Below are positions 1 through 10,068 of a stretch of 64,000 nucleotides of DNA, in pieces; positions within the stretch are counted from its first letter, which is position 1, and every line of letters starts with the position of its first letter. A program made the position numbers and the translations under genes. Source of the DNA: Aulosira sp. ZfuVER01 (GTDB lineage Bacteria > Cyanobacteriota > Cyanobacteriia > Cyanobacteriales > Nostocaceae); NCBI GenBank assembly GCA_034530615.2, contig JAVRCV020000034.1:92344-156343 (forward strand), written 5' to 3'. The notes beneath the pieces are model-generated. The model saw only the letters and a program-made list of their open reading frames with translations. It had not been told where the DNA came from and ran no database searches.

Positions 1-163
1 TTGTCCTTTTGAAAAAACTGTGACCCTTTTAGGTCGGACACTTTTTCATATCCCACCTTTATGTAAACTGAACCCTTTCTATGAAGAAATAATTGGCCTT
101 CGCTTTAAGTGTTTATGTTATTTAGTAGATGAATGTGGTGAGGATGTGACCAAATACTGCTAA
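1..163 (+). CDS. 3' end of a Mo-dependent nitrogenase C-terminal-domain (Mo-nitro_C-like) protein, truncated by the window edge
   Basis: Frame from base 2 reads CPFEKTVTLLGRTLFHIPPLCKLNPFYEEIIGLRFKCLCYLVDECGEDVTKYC* (TAA 161-163); aligns with the ORF at 36712..37032. Confidence 0.85.
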   Translation, partial: CPFEKTVTLLGRTLFHIPPLCKLNPFYEEIIGLRFKCLCYLVDECGEDVTKYC

Positions 164-468
164 TTAGTAGTGAGTAGGTTTCCTCAACAAAAATCAGCAA
201 GAATTTTCAGACTAGGTTTTTAGCCTGATTCTAATGCTGTTGGACAAAAGCTTATACTGAAGCAATAACAGTAAATTCACATAAGTTGTAGATAGCTTCT
301 CAAAAAATCCAGTATATTCTCTTATGTCAATTTAGCTTCATGCTCAGTAGGATATAGCGAAATAGAGTTAGTTGGATCTGTCGTTACTCATCTAAATGTA
401 GTAGTTTCAGCAGACAACAACTTATAAGTATCTTTTATAACTAACCATTGGGAAAATATCATCCCATC

Positions 469-498
469 AAAAGCCCGGTCATCATGACTGGGTTTTTT
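469..498 (+). terminator. Intrinsic terminator-like hairpin
   Basis: AAAAGCCCGGTCA-TCA-TGACTGGG followed by a T-run. Confidence 0.55.
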
Positions 499-828
499 GG
501 TGAAAAAGGGCAAACTTTTTAAATAGGGAACACAGCGATCGCATCGCTGACACTTAATACTATCCAGTTTTGGGGCTGTGCGATCGCTAGGAGCTAACTC
601 CTCAAATTGCTGCTTCTTTGGCTGGTTACGACTTCATCCTAGATGCCTTATCTGTCGCAAACATTTTTTGAATTGGGATTATTTTTTAGGCTACCATTTA
701 CATAAAAAGAAGTGGCAAAGCCACTTCGTAATTCCCAGGTAGAACCTAGAAACGAGTATAACCATTCTAAAAACTGCAAATCGTATAAATCAACACTGAT
801 TAACTGTATCTAAATATTTCAGTGCCGA

Positions 829-1869
829 TCATTGCAATTCCAACTCAAGCTGATCTAGTTCATCACCTAGATGAGCTAGTTTTGCCTCTTCATCAAGTAA
901 CTGCTGTTCTAATTGAAACTTAACTGCTGTTCCAGCCTCAATTGCTAAAGCTTGGCGCATCTGCTTGACTTTCTCAGTGCGGAGATTCCATTCTGCTTGT
1001 AGTGTATGTAATTTCTGCTGCGATCGCCTGCGTTGTCCGGCCGTTAAACCTAGAGGAATGGGGCTATTTTGTCTAGTTGCTGCTTCGCCAGGTAAAAATT
1101 TACTCCCACCAGCATAGTAGCAAAGGGGAAAATTATCGCCCAAATCCAGCACCTTATTCACAAATGGGTGTTGTGGCCCCGAAGCTTTTTTCGGTACTTG
1201 GTCAAATAAGTACACTAAAATATCAAGAATCCGAGCATAGCCATCTTGATTAAACGCAGCTTTACCTTGCAAAGCTTCTAACAAGCAATCGGTAAAAGCA
1301 CTATAAGGTTGACCCGTGTAAGAATATTCATCTTCTCGTGAAGAAGCAACCACAACCCGACCGCTTCCCGTTCCCAGCACATTCAACAGTTCTGGCGGTA
1401 AGGGTGATTTCACAAACACTTCCCCTGGTTCCTTTAAAGCTGGAACGCCGCCAGCGTGACAGCAATCTAACAAAACTACCAACTTCCGCGCTGTAATTGC
1501 TTCAATTTTTTGGGTAAATTCTAAACCCGATATCGCTGTACTAATCCGTTGGCTGGGGTCGTAACCATAAGGTACAAGGAAGTATTCATTGGTGCGCTTG
1601 ATGCGTCCACCGTGACCAGAGTAATAAATGATGACAGTTGCATCAGGATTTTGATTGACTTGGGAGATGATTTGGTCAAAAGCTCCGAGGATATTTTGCC
1701 TAGTTGCTGCGGTTTCGGTTAGCAGCGTCACCTGTGCTGGTGGATAAGCAGCGCGATTTGGGTCAACCAGTACATCTCGTAAGGCGGTTGCATCTTTGAC
1801 AGTAACAGCTAAATCTGCGCCTACGCCAATGAGTAATGCATAACCGTTGGAGAAAGTTGCGTTTGTCAT
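829..1869 (-). CDS. Caspase-like (peptidase C14, orthocaspase/metacaspase) protein with C-terminal helical EAD9-like domain
   Basis: ALLIGVG, YYSGHG (His), LDCCHAG (Cys), SAFTDCLLEAL; C-terminal RQALAIEAGTAVKFQLEQQL helical segment. Confidence 0.85.
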   Translation of the reverse strand: MTNATFSNGYALLIGVGADLAVTVKDATALRDVLVDPNRAAYPPAQVTLLTETAATRQNILGAFDQIISQVNQNPDATVIIYYSGHGGRIKRTNEYFLVPYGYDPSQRISTAISGLEFTQKIEAITARKLVVLLDCCHAGGVPALKEPGEVFVKSPLPPELLNVLGTGSGRVVVASSREDEYSYTGQPYSAFTDCLLEALQGKAAFNQDGYARILDILVYLFDQVPKKASGPQHPFVNKVLDLGDNFPLCYYAGGSKFLPGEAATRQNSPIPLGLTAGQRRRSQQKLHTLQAEWNLRTEKVKQMRQALAIEAGTAVKFQLEQQLLDEEAKLAHLGDELDQLELELQ

Positions 1870-2148
1870 ACCCTGTTTAGTTGTGGTGTTGAATGCGTAG
1901 CTGCTTCGCAGCTTATGGTTAGAGTTCGCCTTTTATACTCTATAACTTGAGGGCAGACCTCGCGCTCAATCTTATTGATGTACTGGTATAAATAGTAAGC
2001 ATATAACAACTTGTCCTGGCTACACAGGAAAGCGATCTCCTTTTGCTTTTTCTAATCAATTGGCCATACTTTTGCGAGATTTAGTTTATATAGTTACTTC
2101 AAGCAGTAATTTACCATTTCCAGATCCAAGTGTTACCAGGCGCCTAAA

Positions 2149-2181
2149 AGATTCCCGGCTTCTTGAAAAAGCCGGGAATCT
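2149..2181. repeat. Palindromic dispersed element / hairpin
   Basis: AGATTCCCGGCT ... AGCCGGGAATCT, perfect 12-bp inverted repeat. Confidence 0.7.
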
Positions 2182-2382
2182 AAGTATTTCCATTTTTCTT
2201 AGTTAAGCTTGCATAAATTATTGATCCCCGACAGATAAATATACAGGTTGGATGATTTAACTTTTTTACACATTATGAAGAGCTTGGGTTTGATCCCAAT
2301 CATCGCGAATCCGATCGATGCATGAATAGCATTTCATTCTTACCAACCTGAATCAAGTTTATCTATATACAAAGAGAATATT

Positions 2383-3141
2383 ATGTTAGCTAACAACACT
2401 GATGAAGTTATCCAGTACTTAGACACTATTATTGCCGAAGCTATAGAAGAACGTAGCCGCAGAGGATTTTTTGCTGCACTCTATCGTCAAGTAACGTTGA
2501 AAGTAAAGATAGGTATTAAACATGGCTTTTTTGACGATGCAGTCAGAATGGAGGAATTCACTACGCAATTTGCTAATCGTTACTTTCGTGCTTGGGATGA
2601 TTACCAAAAAAATATTAAATCAACCCAAAGTTGGCAAATGACATTCGACGCAGTACAAAAACCAGAGTTACTAATTGTGCAACACTTACTGTTGGCTATT
2701 AACGCTCATATTAATTTAGATCTGGGTATTGTAGCTGCCGAACTTTGCCCTGGTGATAAATTACAAACTCTACAAGATGACTTTATTAAAATCAACGCCA
2801 TCCTGATTGATTTGCTTGAGCCTGTCGAGTTGGTTCTTGGGCAAATGTCACCTCTAATTGAAATTCTGGATAAGTTTGGCGGCAAAAAAGATGAAATTAT
2901 CTTCAATTTTAGTATTCGTAAAGCTCGTCAGGAAGCTTGGAATAATGCGAAAATTTTGGCTTATCAAACCCCTAATGTACAACAAGCTATCATCAAAATA
3001 ATTGATAGTAAGGTAGCATTTCTAGGTCGCGCGATCGCTAATCCTAGCCGTAGCTTTGATAAAGCGCTCGACTTGATTAAAAAATCGGAGAGTGATGATA
3101 TTATTACTATTATCAAGGCTCTAAATAGTATTGTTGATTGA
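2383..3141 (+). CDS. DUF5995-like hypothetical protein
   Basis: FAALYRQVT, FANRY, LLAINAHINLDL motifs. Confidence 0.65.
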   Translation: MLANNTDEVIQYLDTIIAEAIEERSRRGFFAALYRQVTLKVKIGIKHGFFDDAVRMEEFTTQFANRYFRAWDDYQKNIKSTQSWQMTFDAVQKPELLIVQHLLLAINAHINLDLGIVAAELCPGDKLQTLQDDFIKINAILIDLLEPVELVLGQMSPLIEILDKFGGKKDEIIFNFSIRKARQEAWNNAKILAYQTPNVQQAIIKIIDSKVAFLGRAIANPSRSFDKALDLIKKSESDDIITIIKALNSIVD

Positions 3142-3653
3142 ACCTATTACAAACGTAAGTATGGTGGGTAATTCCCACCATAAATGGATTTTTATTAGCA
3201 ATAGCTACCCTATAGGATTATTACTTTTATGCCAAAGTTTTAGAATTCCTGTAATACTCTACATTCATATAGCACACTAATAAAATTGGTATAAGTCTAA
3301 ACATCAATAATGTCTGCGTGTATAAAAAGATATTTAAACGCTGCAAATAGTTTGGCACAAATCTTTAATTCCAATGTCAGCAAAAATCAACATACTAGAT
3401 TGGTTAATGCATGATTATTTTTGGCTAAAGCATAGTTTAGCAAAGGATTTACAGACCTGACATTTATTATCTTACTAGCGTAATGTAAGCGCGATACCTA
3501 CGGTAAACTACGCGAACGCTTGACAAACATTTGTAGAAAATACTTTGCTGTTTTATTACACAGGAGACTAAAAATTAAAAAAAAAGTATTTATATGCAGT
3601 TTGAAGTTAATTACCTGTATGTTTGTTGTGTTTAACAATGCACAAACAAATTT

Positions 3654-4505
3654 ATGAATCTTAATGAAATTGGTCAGGTTATTGCTCAACTGTTGACGCA
3701 GTTTGGGCTGAAGCTGATAGGTGCTATTTTATTGTGGATTATCGCCCAGCGATTGATTGACTTTGGGCTGAAATTAGTACGACGCGCTTTCCGCAGCCAA
3801 AACATTGAGCCAACACTGATTAACTATCTTCTCAATATCATTTCTGTCACACTAAGAATTGTTTTAGTTGTGGCAATTCTCGGCTTTTTTGGCGTTGAAA
3901 CTACCTCTTTTGCCGCATTATTAGCAGCAGCAGGTGTAGCAATTGGTGCCGCCTGGGGTGGACTGTTGGCGAACTTTGCAGCAGGTGCGTTTTTAATTGT
4001 TTTTCGCCCATTTAACGTTGGTGACTTTATCACCGCCGCAGGTGTGACGGGAACCGTTACAGATATAGGGCTGTTCACAACTAATATCACTACACCTGAT
4101 AACGTTTTGACGATCGTTGCAAATAATAAAATCTTTTCTGATAATATCCAGAATTTTTCTGCCAATCCTTACCGTCGAGTCGATCTAGTAGCCCAACTGC
4201 ATCACACTGTTAATCATAACGATGCGATCGCACGGTTGAAAGCCAAAATCAGCACAATCCCTAATGTTCTCGAAAGTCCAGCACCAGATGTAGAGATTAT
4301 CGAGTTTAATATGGCAGGGCCAGTACTAGCAGTACGTCCTTATTGCAATAATGCGCATTATTGGCAAGTTTACTTCGAGACTAATAAAGCTATACGTGAA
4401 ACCTTTGGCGAAGCAGGGTATCCAGTTCCCGAACATCGTTATTCAGTTAGCAGTTTATCACCCAACGGAATCGATCCCATAATTCCAGCATCTATTAATA
4501 GTTAA
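3654..4505 (+). CDS. mscS: Small-conductance mechanosensitive channel (MscS)
   Basis: Three hydrophobic segments, LANFAAGAFLIVFRPFNVGDFI, IGLFTT, NFSANPYRRVDL. Confidence 0.9.
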   Translation: MNLNEIGQVIAQLLTQFGLKLIGAILLWIIAQRLIDFGLKLVRRAFRSQNIEPTLINYLLNIISVTLRIVLVVAILGFFGVETTSFAALLAAAGVAIGAAWGGLLANFAAGAFLIVFRPFNVGDFITAAGVTGTVTDIGLFTTNITTPDNVLTIVANNKIFSDNIQNFSANPYRRVDLVAQLHHTVNHNDAIARLKAKISTIPNVLESPAPDVEIIEFNMAGPVLAVRPYCNNAHYWQVYFETNKAIRETFGEAGYPVPEHRYSVSSLSPNGIDPIIPASINS

Positions 4506-4538
4506 GACTGCGATACAAAGCCAAAGAATATAAATGGA

Positions 4539-4571
4539 AAATTAGGTAAGGTATTTTGCTTTACCTAATTT
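4539..4571. terminator. Hairpin between convergent genes (possible bidirectional terminator)
   Basis: AAATTAGGTAA ... TTACCTAATTT inverted repeat between the mscS and udg stops. Confidence 0.5.
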
Positions 4572-4578
4572 GTTTAGG

Positions 4579-5262
4579 CTATTTGCCAAGGTTTCTAATT
4601 TCATCGTACTTAGCACACACTGCCTGTATATCTTGCCACATCAACCATTTAGGCCCGCCGACTTCGCGAGAAGGATTACGCAATAAGTAGGAAGGGTGAA
4701 AGATTGGCATACACAAACGTCCTTGCCATTCCATCCACTGTCCGCGAATTTTGGTAATACCGCGCTTATCACCAGTTAAACCTTTAACTGCGGTTGCACC
4801 TGTTAACAAAATAATTTTTGGGTCAACTAGGCGAATTTGTTCTAATAAGTAAGGCAAGCAAGCGGCCATTTCTTCAGTAGTAGGAACACGATTCTCTGGG
4901 GGGCGGCATTTGTTGATGTTACCGATGTATACATCATTCTCAGTACTGAGATTCACAGATGCCAAAATCTTCTCTAGTAACTGCCCCGATTTGCCGACAA
5001 ATGGTAAACCTGTTTCGTCTTCGTGTTGTCCTGGCGCTTCTCCCACAACCATAATTGGTGCTTTCAGGTTCCCACGTCCAACAACAGCATGAGTGCGGTT
5101 ATCTCCTAATCCACAACGATGACACTGATTGCAATGCTGTGCCAACTCAGTCATATCTGAATATGTATTGGCAGGTATGGGAATTTTAGCGTCTGTGGGA
5201 ATCAGATCTCTTTGGTTAAAGCTTGAATCGTCAAATAGGCTGAGTTGGGTTTCGCTGCTCAT
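4579..5262 (-). CDS. Uracil-DNA glycosylase family 4 (Fe-S)
   Basis: CNQCHRC, VGEAPG..ED..GLPFVGKSG, NINKCRPPENR, IFHPSYLLR; start placed at MSSETQ. Confidence 0.92.
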   Translation of the reverse strand: MSSETQLSLFDDSSFNQRDLIPTDAKIPIPANTYSDMTELAQHCNQCHRCGLGDNRTHAVVGRGNLKAPIMVVGEAPGQHEDETGLPFVGKSGQLLEKILASVNLSTENDVYIGNINKCRPPENRVPTTEEMAACLPYLLEQIRLVDPKIILLTGATAVKGLTGDKRGITKIRGQWMEWQGRLCMPIFHPSYLLRNPSREVGGPKWLMWQDIQAVCAKYDEIRNLGK

Positions 5263-5510
5263 GACAATCTGGAAGTTGGGGTCAATACCACCTGTCTCAT
5301 TTGACTGCAATACCTCTGCTTTAGGAGATTTTGCAGTCATCAACTGTTGCTGAAAATTTTTATTTACAGAAACTTTATTGTATCAGTTGTATTGGTTGAT
5401 TTCAGCAGCAATTAAACACAGCGTTTTTTAGGTAAATATAAATACCCCTCAAATCCTTACCAATGACAAATGACAACCCTCACCAGTTAGGTTTGTTTGT
5501 GCCGACCGAC

Positions 5511-6590
5511 TTAGTCTAGATCTGTTGTTTGGTATTGCATTGCTTTAGCATAATCGCCTAAGGCGTAACAAGCAATTCTGAGACTGGCAAGGGCTTGTTC
5601 TTGAGTGCGAATGTCTTTAATAGACCGGGCTAAGAGCAAACGTTGTTCATGGTATGTAATTGCTTTAGAGTAATCACCCAAGGCTTCACAAGCAACTCCT
5701 AAACTCCCTAGAGACTGTTCTTCACTTCGCTTGTCTTGAAGTTCTCTAGCTAATTGCAAACGTTCTTCGTAATAAATAATAGCTTTGGCATAATCACCTA
5801 AGGCATAGCAGGAATTACCCAGATTCTTGAGTACATGAACAGCACTACGCAGATTTTTTAAAGAGCGAGATAAGACTACACACTGTTCATAGTAAGCGAT
5901 CGCTTTTGGATAATCGTCCAATGCATACCAAGCATTGCCTAGATTCTTGAGTACTTGTTCCTCACCCCAATGATCTTGGAGTTCTTGGACAATTTCTAAA
6001 CTTTGTTTTTGGTACTCAATTGCTTGTGTAAAGTTACCCACAGCTTTATAAACCAAACCCAGATTATTTAAAGCTGCTACTTGACTGCGCTTATCTTGCT
6101 GCTGCTGGGTTAATTTCAAACTATCTTTTAAAAACTGAATGGCTTTGTCATAGTCGTTGAGGTGGCGATAAGCATTCCCCAAATGAGAAAGCACTTGCAT
6201 CCGCACCACTAGATCTGAGGTATCCCTCATCATCGAAAGACACTGTTGGCAGTAGGAAATAGTTTTCTGATAGCTTCCTGAGGCATAAGCTGCTAATGCT
6301 AACAAGGAAAGCACTTTTTCCTGTTTGTGGGAATTCCCCACTGCTTGAAACAGTACTAGCGATTCTTCTAAAGACTTGAGTGCAGCAATTAAATTACCAG
6401 CTTGCTGCTGTTTAACTCCTTGCCGCATGAGTTTGGATGCTTCTAATAAGCGATCGTTACTTCCTTGTGAAACAATTGTTTCTTCTGATAAACCTTGATC
6501 AAATTCATGGGCAATGGTATTGCTCTTCCTTAATTTTCCATATTTTGTTGGAGCTTTTAAGGGATCTGTATTTTTTTCATCTGTAGACAT
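5511..6590 (-). CDS. Tetratricopeptide repeat protein
   Basis: Repeated ~40-aa LxNLGxAYxALGDYxKAIxYYE units; start uncertain. Confidence 0.9.
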   Translation of the reverse strand: MSTDEKNTDPLKAPTKYGKLRKSNTIAHEFDQGLSEETIVSQGSNDRLLEASKLMRQGVKQQQAGNLIAALKSLEESLVLFQAVGNSHKQEKVLSLLALAAYASGSYQKTISYCQQCLSMMRDTSDLVVRMQVLSHLGNAYRHLNDYDKAIQFLKDSLKLTQQQQDKRSQVAALNNLGLVYKAVGNFTQAIEYQKQSLEIVQELQDHWGEEQVLKNLGNAWYALDDYPKAIAYYEQCVVLSRSLKNLRSAVHVLKNLGNSCYALGDYAKAIIYYEERLQLARELQDKRSEEQSLGSLGVACEALGDYSKAITYHEQRLLLARSIKDIRTQEQALASLRIACYALGDYAKAMQYQTTDLD

Positions 6591-6665
6591 CGACCAATTC
6601 CTGTTAAGTTTGGTGATATCTTTTAGTATTCCCAAAATTCTCAGTAAATCTTGAATGCAAGTAGT

Positions 6666-6992
6666 CTATTCTTGTCCGATCTCGGCTGTTGAACGATTTA
6701 TCGGTATTTTATTATTCCAGATTTCTTCAAATTCTGCTTTATTAATCGCAAATTCTTGGAGATCCTCTTCATTAAATTTTTTATCGCATAACATCCCATA
6801 GTTATCTGCTAGGTGGCTGCTATCATAAAACAATATATTACCGTTTTCGTAAATTTCTATTTGTCTTACGGCATATAAATTATGCCCAACTTCCATCAAG
6901 TAAGTGCTAGTACCCCAATCTTCGTATTCACCCCCCAAGGATTCATCCCAAAACCATTTGCAATATCTCTTGTTGTTTTTTGAGAGAGACAT
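6666..6992 (-). CDS. Small acidic hypothetical protein (DUF6881-like)
   Basis: 108 aa; RQIEIYENG and INKAEFEEIW motifs; AGGAG upstream. Confidence 0.55.
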   Translation of the reverse strand: MSLSKNNKRYCKWFWDESLGGEYEDWGTSTYLMEVGHNLYAVRQIEIYENGNILFYDSSHLADNYGMLCDKKFNEEDLQEFAINKAEFEEIWNNKIPINRSTAEIGQE

Positions 6993-7279
6993 AATTGCTT
7001 TACTCCTACGAGAGATGACTTATTTTTAGTGTTTCGTTATGCAAATATAATTGTTTTAAGTCTGAGTTAAGATAACTTTAAAAATTAAAGACAGTCAAAT
7101 ATCCTGAAAAGTCTATAAATAGATGTATTAGCTTCACTATCTATCAATAGGCATATTTCTTCAAGAGAATGGACTAGAGCTTGAAACCGCTTACCCATCA
7201 ATATCTATTTTAGAACTTTGTTAGAGGCAGTAAACAAGGCAACAATATTATTGTACAGATTTATTTCAACCTCTGCACT

Positions 7280-7717
7280 TTAGTTAGAGCGCAGTATTTC
7301 TCTGACTTCCATTAAAATTATTCCCAACATATTTTTACCACTCCCATCAGATCCACAACCCCAATAAAAGTCAATAGGAGAGTTTTCGATGATTTCTTCA
7401 TTACTTGTGGAAAGTAGAATCTCCTTAATATCTACATGAGTTTCAAATTTCTGTAGTACAGCCTTGCGCATAATGTCGTCTTTAACTTGTTCCCAATCTT
7501 GGCGCAGAGGACGGCTTCTTTCACGCCCCATTCTAGCTGCATCCTTAGGAGTTTTCACTAACCGAATTTGTTCTAAATGTACAGTACCAACAAATTTTTG
7601 TGCTTGAAAATAATGTTCACTGGTAGGCCAGTATAATTCATCTAACTCAAAACCGTGGGGTGAAAAGTTAGAGAAACAGCCATATTCTTCACGAATGTTA
7701 TAAAAATAAATTGTCAT
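7280..7717 (-). CDS. NADAR family protein (YbiA/DUF1768-like N-glycosidase)
   Basis: FSNF, WPTSEHYFQAQKF, DWEQVK, KF..H, D.YWG, GKNMLG.ILMEVR. Confidence 0.92.
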   Translation of the reverse strand: MTIYFYNIREEYGCFSNFSPHGFELDELYWPTSEHYFQAQKFVGTVHLEQIRLVKTPKDAARMGRERSRPLRQDWEQVKDDIMRKAVLQKFETHVDIKEILLSTSNEEIIENSPIDFYWGCGSDGSGKNMLGIILMEVREILRSN

Positions 7718-7945
7718 AGAGTTTATATTTGGTTGCGGTTACTCGCACAAGTTAATATTTTCTTCTCGGTTATAAAATTATTTCAATCAGCTTAATTTAT
7801 CAAGAGACTTAGTTAATTAATTTACATATCTAATATTAATGACTCCACCAAAATCTAAATATTTTATGAAAAGTTTAGCGGAAAGTGGATGATCTATGGT
7901 TGTTTAGCTTGGCTATAAAGGAAAAGTCCACAAAGTTACATATTT

Positions 7946-8296
7946 TTAAGTTTTATGTTCACTCCCAGCCAATTCTTTGGGTTCATAGTGACGGCATCCC
8001 TGACATGGCCCGTCGGGATTGACAGCACAGCGAATATAGCCGGATCTAGCATTAAATTTGCAGCTGATATCGCCAACTAAGTAACCTACCCCTTCTAGAT
8101 AGTAGCGTTCCCCAAAGGAATTGCCGCAGGCATCGCCATCGGCTGGCCTAATAGTTTGCCTGGATCGCACGCCTGTAAAGTTCATGGCGGCTTGTCTCAT
8201 TCTTAAACGTGTCCGCAAATGAGTTTTACGGATTACCCACAGGGAAAACAGGGACGGTAAACAACCAATAACGATCACCACAAGAGTTCTTAACAC
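7946..8296 (-). CDS. DUF6464-like protein (N-terminal TM, Cys-rich C-terminus)
   Basis: GDISCKFNARSGYIRCAVNPDGPCQGCRHYE motif. Confidence 0.75.
   Translation of the reverse strand: MLRTLVVIVIGCLPSLFSLWVIRKTHLRTRLRMRQAAMNFTGVRSRQTIRPADGDACGNSFGERYYLEGVGYLVGDISCKFNARSGYIRCAVNPDGPCQGCRHYEPKELAGSEHKT
8108..8131. mobile_element. 24-nt small dispersed repeat (SDR-like) inserted into a HIP1 site
   Basis: GCG^[TTCCCCAAAGGAATTGCCGCAGGC]^ATCGC; removing it restores GCGATCGC and keeps the frame. Confidence 0.65.
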
Positions 8297-8667
8297 TTTT
8301 TTTGACCTCTTTTATGTGCTGATTAATCTTCCCCGATCTTGCACTATCGTGATTTTCGTAAGTGCAACTATTAGGGTTGTTTCGCCTTTGCGCCTCGGAA
8401 ATAAAGTGTTTGCAGACGACAATGGCGTGTGGCATTAACGACTTTGAGAAAGAATGATCGACTACCACTTTAATCAGCATAACTTTTACAGTTTATGGGT
8501 TGGGCTGTAGTTGCAACTTCATATCTTTAAGATTTGTTGATTAACACTATATTGAAAATGGGATATGGGAGAGGCAGTGACGGGTACGCAGGGATCTCCC
8601 CAAAACCGCACTACCGTCATGAGGTATGGGAAAGACAGAGACACAGAGGAGAACGATTGGTTGTATG

Positions 8668-9117
8668 CTACTGCGATCGCCATTCTTTTTTTCTGCTTTG
8701 CTGCCGCAGTTGCTGTGCTAGCTGTGCTGCTTCTCTTTCTGCTTGCAAGATATCTACTTTTCGCATTGTGAGCAAAAATGACTCATCTGGCTTTTGTAGG
8801 ACCCAAGGGACGCTAACTGGTGAATACTGACAAATACTTTTGTATGGCTTGCCTTTCTCTTGCAGTTTGCTGGCTATAGTCTTCAATTCTAAGATGGATG
8901 CTTCTAACTGTGCGGCAATTTGATTGATGCGTTGCGCTTGCACAACTAAACGCTCCCATTCATTACCAATATCATCTTCTGGAAATTGCAATGGCGCGAT
9001 CGCAGTAGTTAGGGTTTGTGTCTGTGAATTTGAAAGGGGTATAGCAAGTGGTTTTTTATCGCTGTTTTTGATTTCTCTCATCATTCCTCTCACAAGACTA
9101 ATTGGCTGTTCAGGCAT
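8668..9117 (-). CDS. Hypothetical protein with coiled-coil segments
   Basis: Long ORF; QAQRINQIAAQLEASILELK and AEREAAQLAQQLR; start uncertain. Confidence 0.6.
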   Translation of the reverse strand: MPEQPISLVRGMMREIKNSDKKPLAIPLSNSQTQTLTTAIAPLQFPEDDIGNEWERLVVQAQRINQIAAQLEASILELKTIASKLQEKGKPYKSICQYSPVSVPWVLQKPDESFLLTMRKVDILQAEREAAQLAQQLRQQSRKKEWRSQ

Positions 9118-9498
9118 TTTAACTCCAAAGTAGTATTTTTGTACTATAATTTTTGTATCTAAGGTTTGCGCCCAGAAAACCCAGGCTTGCAGAAGCTTTA
9201 ATGAAACTGACATAAGACATCTCCAAAACCCTAAGTGTGTAGGTAGAGATTTAAATTTCGGAGAATAGTCTGTGAATACCAATAGTAAATAGCCTATTAA
9301 TAATAAAAATAAATGAGGTCACTGAATTAATTATTACCTTTATGCATGACACAGCAGCCAATTATTAGGGGAAGTTGGAAAAGCTGTGATAAATCATGTG
9401 AGCAATTAATAACTAAGTGAAGCGCATAATTATAACTCTATAGGACTAAGCTAGGTACAAATCGAAGAACCTTCTTGACTCTTGCCTTTCTAGGCAAT

Positions 9499-10068
9499 TC
9501 ATTTCAGGAATCCGTTTTGATTCCTATAGTTATTTATTTGATAAGTTCTCCGCCATTCTTCGAGATTTTCTATACTTACTGATTTAGTTATTACATTCAT
9601 ACCATTACCTCGCCACTCAACTTCGGGATCTGTTGTAAAAACCCCACATTCTAATTGCTCAGTCCGGATATTCCAATATTCACTAAATCGGCTTTTTAAA
9701 GTAATCACTTGCTCAAAAACTTTGTTTCTGTGCTTATTTCTTCTTTTTCTCTCTGTTGCTCCTGTTGCTTCTGTATCAATAAATTTAGTTTCAATTAAAA
9801 ACAGATTGCCTTGATTTGTGAGATAAACAAAATCACATTTACCCAAATCAGTGTAATCTGCAATTGGTGATTTTTCAAATAACAACAATTCAGAGCAGTA
9901 GGGAAATAATTGTTTGAGATTGAGAAATAAATAGGCTTGTAAAAGAAGTTCTTTGTCATAGGGAAAAAAAATCACCCCTTCAAAAAATTTCTTGATATCT
10001 TCCTGTGTTTGGGGTTGAATTCTTTTACAATATGAGACAAATTTAGTTAGATCATTGACGATCATCAA
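9499..10068 (-). CDS. Hypothetical protein, probable PD-(D/E)XK nuclease fold
   Basis: E...GKCDFVY...LFLIETK...EQV pattern. Confidence 0.55.
   Translation of the reverse strand: MMIVNDLTKFVSYCKRIQPQTQEDIKKFFEGVIFFPYDKELLLQAYLFLNLKQLFPYCSELLLFEKSPIADYTDLGKCDFVYLTNQGNLFLIETKFIDTEATGATERKRRNKHRNKVFEQVITLKSRFSEYWNIRTEQLECGVFTTDPEVEWRGNGMNVITKSVSIENLEEWRRTYQINNYRNQNGFLK

Noticed and set aside
8226..9133. Short ORFs 8226..8480, 8534..8830, 8565..8771, 8924..9133
   Set aside because: They overlap better-supported genes or repeats and show no recognisable motifs.
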